Positions 63,144 through 64,000 of a DNA stretch of 64,000 bases are shown here, piece after piece; position 1 is the first letter of the stretch; each line of letters begins with the position of its first letter. A model generated the notes under the pieces. It had not been told where the DNA came from. It did not search any database and saw only the letters and a program-made list of their open reading frames with translations. The position numbers and the translations under genes are program-made. This DNA is from Dipteris shenzhenensis (taxonomy: Eukaryota). Where the stretch lies: assembly GCA_047967505.1 (NCBI GenBank), contig CM106538.1, one strand, 5' to 3'.

Positions 63144-64000
63144 TCATGGAAAATATGCATTTAGAAGTCTCTTTAGAAAGGCCTTAGCAATGTGCTTCTT
63201 GATATAGAAACCTTTGTACCCTAGTTCTATAGCCATATGAGAAGCTTGCAAAGCACTCATATAATCAATGGGTGGGGCTAGTCCTTAGCATATTTATTTG
63301 TGACATGTTAAGTTAGGCAAGAATTCACCACCACCATGACTTGGCATATGGGATGTGCCCTCTAGTTCTCTCTTATCACATCTAACCCTCTCCCTTAGTT
63401 GGTATACATGAGGAAGCTTTCCTGTATTATATTATGTTATTGACCATTGATGATTTTGATCACTCCATTCTTCAAGAACTTCCTGGATGAGATTGAAATC
63501 TTTATGGCCCTCCACCATCAGTAATTGTCCATACCGATTGCTCTCAATCACGACGTGCACATCAATGGCCTCTTCAAGATGTAGCAAGTAGGGCATCAAC
63601 TCTCCTAGTAGAATGTTATCTTCATTGTCTTGCACATTAAACATAAGAGGAAATATGTAATTTGATCGAGGACTGATACAAGCCTTGTATGGAGAGTCAT
63701 CAATAAGTATTGTCCTCCTAGCATCGCATCCAAATGCCTTTGATATTTTTTACAAGGGTTTGAACATAGCCTCAATACCAACCTTGTTGGGCCTATTTAT
63801 CCTCCTCTTACTATAAGAGTAGCATCCCTATTGAGCCCATATCACGAAGAAAGGGAGGTTTTCCTTTGCATATATTTGAAGATTTTCTACCATTTCAATG
63901 ACATTATACTCCATGGATATTGACCAAATACCTACATTAAATTTTTGTAGCAAGATCGTTAGAAATTCAATGCACCTAGGTCAAAAAGCCATATAACTAT
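63144..64000 (-). pseudogene. FCP1/NIF (HAD-family CTD phosphatase-like) domain pseudogene, 5'-partial
   Basis: One frame reads F*PRCIEFLTILLQKFNVGIWS...VIWAQ*GC...MFKPL*KI...RRTILIDDSPYKACISPRSNYIFP...LLGELMPYLLHL...YGQ. These are the plant FCP1-homology motifs RPxCxEFL, FxVGIWS and TILIDDSPYK. It has several in-frame stops and no introns in this part. Confidence 0.8.

Overview
Eukaryotic land-plant genomic DNA. The TE complement looks fern/non-seed-plant-like, which is an inference. The first 1.7 kb holds the last eight exons of an intact-looking MCM4 gene. Next comes a ~2.5 kb mosaic of gene fragments: an interrupted LEA_2/NHL pseudogene, a RanBP2-type zinc-finger tail and an alkaline/neutral invertase exon piece. 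The remaining ~59 kb is a nest of transposable elements: a LINE RT fragment, three decayed Gypsy (Athila/Tat-like) elements, three copies of a Tnt1/Tork-like Copia (family A), three copies of a second Copia (family B), a third Copia (D), a Sola2-like DNA transposase relic, a ~1 kb TIR element and a decayed FCP1/NIF phosphatase-like ORF. The best candidate for something undescribed is a young 2.6 kb non-autonomous LTR element (27009-29608). It has LTRs, PBS, PPT and a TSD, encodes no retroelement protein, and carries short host-gene fragments (KCS, syntaxin, others). A relative at 52.8-53.6 kb shares some cargo but not the rest. A Gypsy element with a second aspartic-protease domain downstream of integrase is also notable. 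No rRNA, tRNA or CRISPR array was seen. All family assignments come from manual translation and motif recognition, not database searches.
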